NCBI GenBank assembly: GCA_023898625.1
Contig: CP060231.1
Coordinates: forward strand, 212,258 to 276,257
Source of the DNA: Candidatus Nomurabacteria bacterium
Lineage (GTDB): Bacteria; Patescibacteriota; Saccharimonadia; Saccharimonadales; JAGQNJ01
Reading direction: 5' to 3'
Length of the DNA stretch: 64,000 nucleotides
The notes below the pieces were generated by a model. The model did no database searches, was not told where the DNA came from, and saw only the letters and a program-made list of their open reading frames with translations. The translations under genes were made by a program, and so were the position numbers. Of the stretch, positions 61,953 to 64,000 are shown one piece after another (position 1 is the first letter of the stretch; each line of letters begins with the position of its first letter).

Positions 61953-63705
61953 TCTCCTTCGCGTTCTTTAATAAATAATCTAGTTGTTTTGCTTCTTCAA
62001 GTAGCTTTGCTTCATTCACCGATGAAACACCAGCTTTGAGTTGAGCAATAATGGTTCGCTTTTGTTCTTTTACGTAATGTTCTATTACACGCACCTGCAG
62101 TCGAGCGGCTTCATATTCAAGCTCAATAAACTCGAGGTTGGCATAGAGTTCCTCATACAATAATGAAACTACTTTACCATAATCACTCAATTTTTGCACA
62201 TCATTTATTTTATCCATCAATTCTTTCGCCTTTAAAGACTTGTTTTTTGAGATAAATTCAAACATTTCTTTTGGTAAATCACCAAACAACATTTGCGAAG
62301 TAGCTACATTCATATAATGACGCAGACTAGGTTGCATTAATAACAAACCTATATATTGGTTTTCAGTTTTTAATATATCGGCTTGTCGCTTGTCTACTTG
62401 CTCGACCTCTCGCCCCCGTTTTAATGGGCGTTTTTGTGTAGGTGAACCCTGTTGCATCTTCACCGCAGTAACACTAACTCCAAGTTTATTAGCTACTACG
62501 TTTTGGTAGTGTTCTCTTTCCACCGAGTCAGTTAGTTTATTAATTATTGGGATAATCTTCTTAGTATATGTCTTTTTTCCTTCTCCAGAATTCATGTCGA
62601 TATCTTTTGAGTAATATTCGATTAACCAATCCAACGAATAGGTTGATCTCTGAATGACATCCTTCCAGGCTTGCTCATCAGATTTTATTAGCTCATCTGG
62701 ATCTTTGCCAGATTGTATACTTACCACACCAAGTTTTATATCCGATCCAGTTGCCAGAATAACTGTACGTTCTGTCGCGTTCTGGCCAGCTATATCTTTA
62801 TCAAAACTAAGTCGAATATCAGGAGAAAAGCGCGAAATCTCCTTTAAATGTTGCAGAGTCATTGCCGTTCCGGCTGTTGCTACAACATTTTTAACATTAA
62901 CTTGGTGGCTCATTATCACATCCATGTTACCTTCTACCACGACAACAAAATCATTTTTTCTTATTGAATCTTTAGCGAGGTGTAGCCCAAAAACATGCCT
63001 ACTTTTATCATATAAAAGTGTTTGTGGCGTATTGATATACTTTGGACTATTTTTATCATCCTCTATTTGACGTGCCGTAAACCCAATAACCCTTCCCTGT
63101 GAGTCCATTAATGCTATCATCATCCGCCCCCTAAACATATCCTTTAACCGTCCACCATAGACATTGCCTAAACCAGCCTTCTTTATTTCATCCGGCGTGT
63201 ATTGTTTATCTAACAAAAAATCACACAACGCCTGCCCACTTGCGGGTGCATAACCTATCTTAAACTCAATAATTGTTTCTTTGGTTAGTTCGCGCTCATT
63301 AATAACATAATTAAGTACTGTTTTATTGTTCTTCAGTTGTACTTGGTAGAACTTCGACGCAAGATCAAGCGCACCATACAAACGCTCTTTTAATTTTGAA
63401 TTTTTGGCATAATTTTCACTACGATATTGAGATAAATCAACACCAGCCTTGCGCGCTAATAGCTCTAATGCGCCCTTAAAATCAAGCCCCTCCATCTCCA
63501 TCACAAAACTAAACATGTTTCCACCTTTTCCTGATGAAAAATCATGCCAAATTTGCTTTTCGGGGCTAACCATAAAACTAGGTGTTTTCTCTGAATTAAA
63601 AGGGCTGAGTCCCCGAAAGTTCCTACCAGCACGTTTTAATTCAACGTATTCACCAATGACATCCTCAATAGCTAAACGTTGCTTAATATCCTCAACAGCA
63701 TCCAT
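61939..63705 (-). CDS. dnaG: DNA primase
   Basis: N-terminal ZBD-like '[30 protein letters not shown]', TOPRIM '[10 protein letters not shown]' and '..[10 protein letters not shown]'. It has dnaG-rpoD operon synteny. The zinc ligands are all substituted (see findings). Confidence 0.9.
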   Translation of the reverse strand: MDAVEDIKQRLAIEDVIGEYVELKRAGRNFRGLSPFNSEKTPSFMVSPEKQIWHDFSSGKGGNMFSFVMEMEGLDFKGALELLARKAGVDLSQYRSENYAKNSKLKERLYGALDLASKFYQVQLKNNKTVLNYVINERELTKETIIEFKIGYAPASGQALCDFLLDKQYTPDEIKKAGLGNVYGGRLKDMFRGRMMIALMDSQGRVIGFTARQIEDDKNSPKYINTPQTLLYDKSRHVFGLHLAKDSIRKNDFVVVVEGNMDVIMSHQVNVKNVVATAGTAMTLQHLKEISRFSPDIRLSFDKDIAGQNATERTVILATGSDIKLGVVSIQSGKDPDELIKSDEQAWKDVIQRSTYSLDWLIEYYSKDIDMNSGEGKKTYTKKIIPIINKLTDSVEREHYQNVVANKLGVSVTAVKMQQGSPTQKRPLKRGREVEQVDKRQADILKTENQYIGLLLMQPSLRHYMNVATSQMLFGDLPKEMFEFISKNKSLKAKELMDKINDVQKLSDYGKVVSLLYEELYANLEFIELEYEAARLQVRVIEHYVKEQKRTIIAQLKAGVSSVNEAKLLEEAKQLDYLLKNAKESVRG

Positions 63706-63916
63706 AACGTACTACTATTGTACGCTACTCATCGCCAATAATTGGTTTAGTTATTAGACTTCCGTTAATCTTGAGTCAATAATATTCATCAAAAAACTCA
63801 TGCTAGTATTTTTTACTTTTTTAACAGCGAATAATCTTGGGTGAGCAATTTTGTACCTTAGGACCCGTATTAACGAATAGCCCATATCACTAAAACCTAC
63901 CGCAACTGTGTACTAC

Positions 63917-64000
63917 TTACAGCTGATATGCCTGATTGGTAGGGATATTATCTGGATTTGAAATAACCAAATATCTATCCACCACAGGAAGTCCTGCTGC
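63917..64000 (-). CDS. 3' end of an unidentified CDS entering from the right edge
   Basis: The minus-strand frame is open from the window edge to TAA at 63917-63919 (...AAGLPVVDRYLVISNPDNIPTNQAYQL*). It is too short to identify. Confidence 0.3.
   Translation of the reverse strand, partial: AAGLPVVDRYLVISNPDNIPTNQAYQL

Overview
The window is AT-rich and very gene-dense, with about 85% of genes on the minus strand. It looks like a small-genome monoderm bacterium. The gene content is consistent with Patescibacteria/CPR, for example Saccharibacteria, but that placement is inference only. The genetic code appears standard, because TGA terminates several conserved genes. About two thirds of the window is housekeeping: NDK, Xer recombinase, YchF, TlyA, EF-P, rpsF-ssb-rpsR, FtsK, RNase J, UDG, rpsO-pnp, TruB, S20, HolA, MutM, PolA, a P-type ATPase, dnaG-rpoD and four tRNAs. 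The largest unit is a roughly 15 kb minus-strand type IV pilus supercluster (23127 to 7748). It runs two unknown proteins, pilM-N-O, a small membrane protein, pilB-pilT-pilC, pilA with its own promoter and terminator, pilD, three minor pilins, and a PilX-like protein with a PKD-like tail. No secretin is present. A REP/RAYT (IS200-like Y1 transposase) unit with a three-copy REP array sits between pilA and pilD. My best candidate for an undescribed system is the operon at 43574-41364. It encodes a small membrane peptide, a collagen-like (G-X-Y) protein and two glycine-rich paralogues with phage-tail-fibre-like signatures. One paralogue carries an in-frame TGA. The operon is visibly more GC-rich than its surroundings, sits next to an IS481-type transposase, and has no other phage genes nearby. 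Other points worth a second look:
- a 30-bp perfect inverted repeat in the largest intergenic gap;
- a DnaG whose zinc-binding motif has lost all four ligands;
- an isoprenoid gene pair with atypical Asp-rich motifs;
- a translationally coupled 34-codon micro-ORF after rpoD;
- two orphan gene pairs with no recognisable families.
All functional calls rest on motifs I could read by eye. No database search was run.
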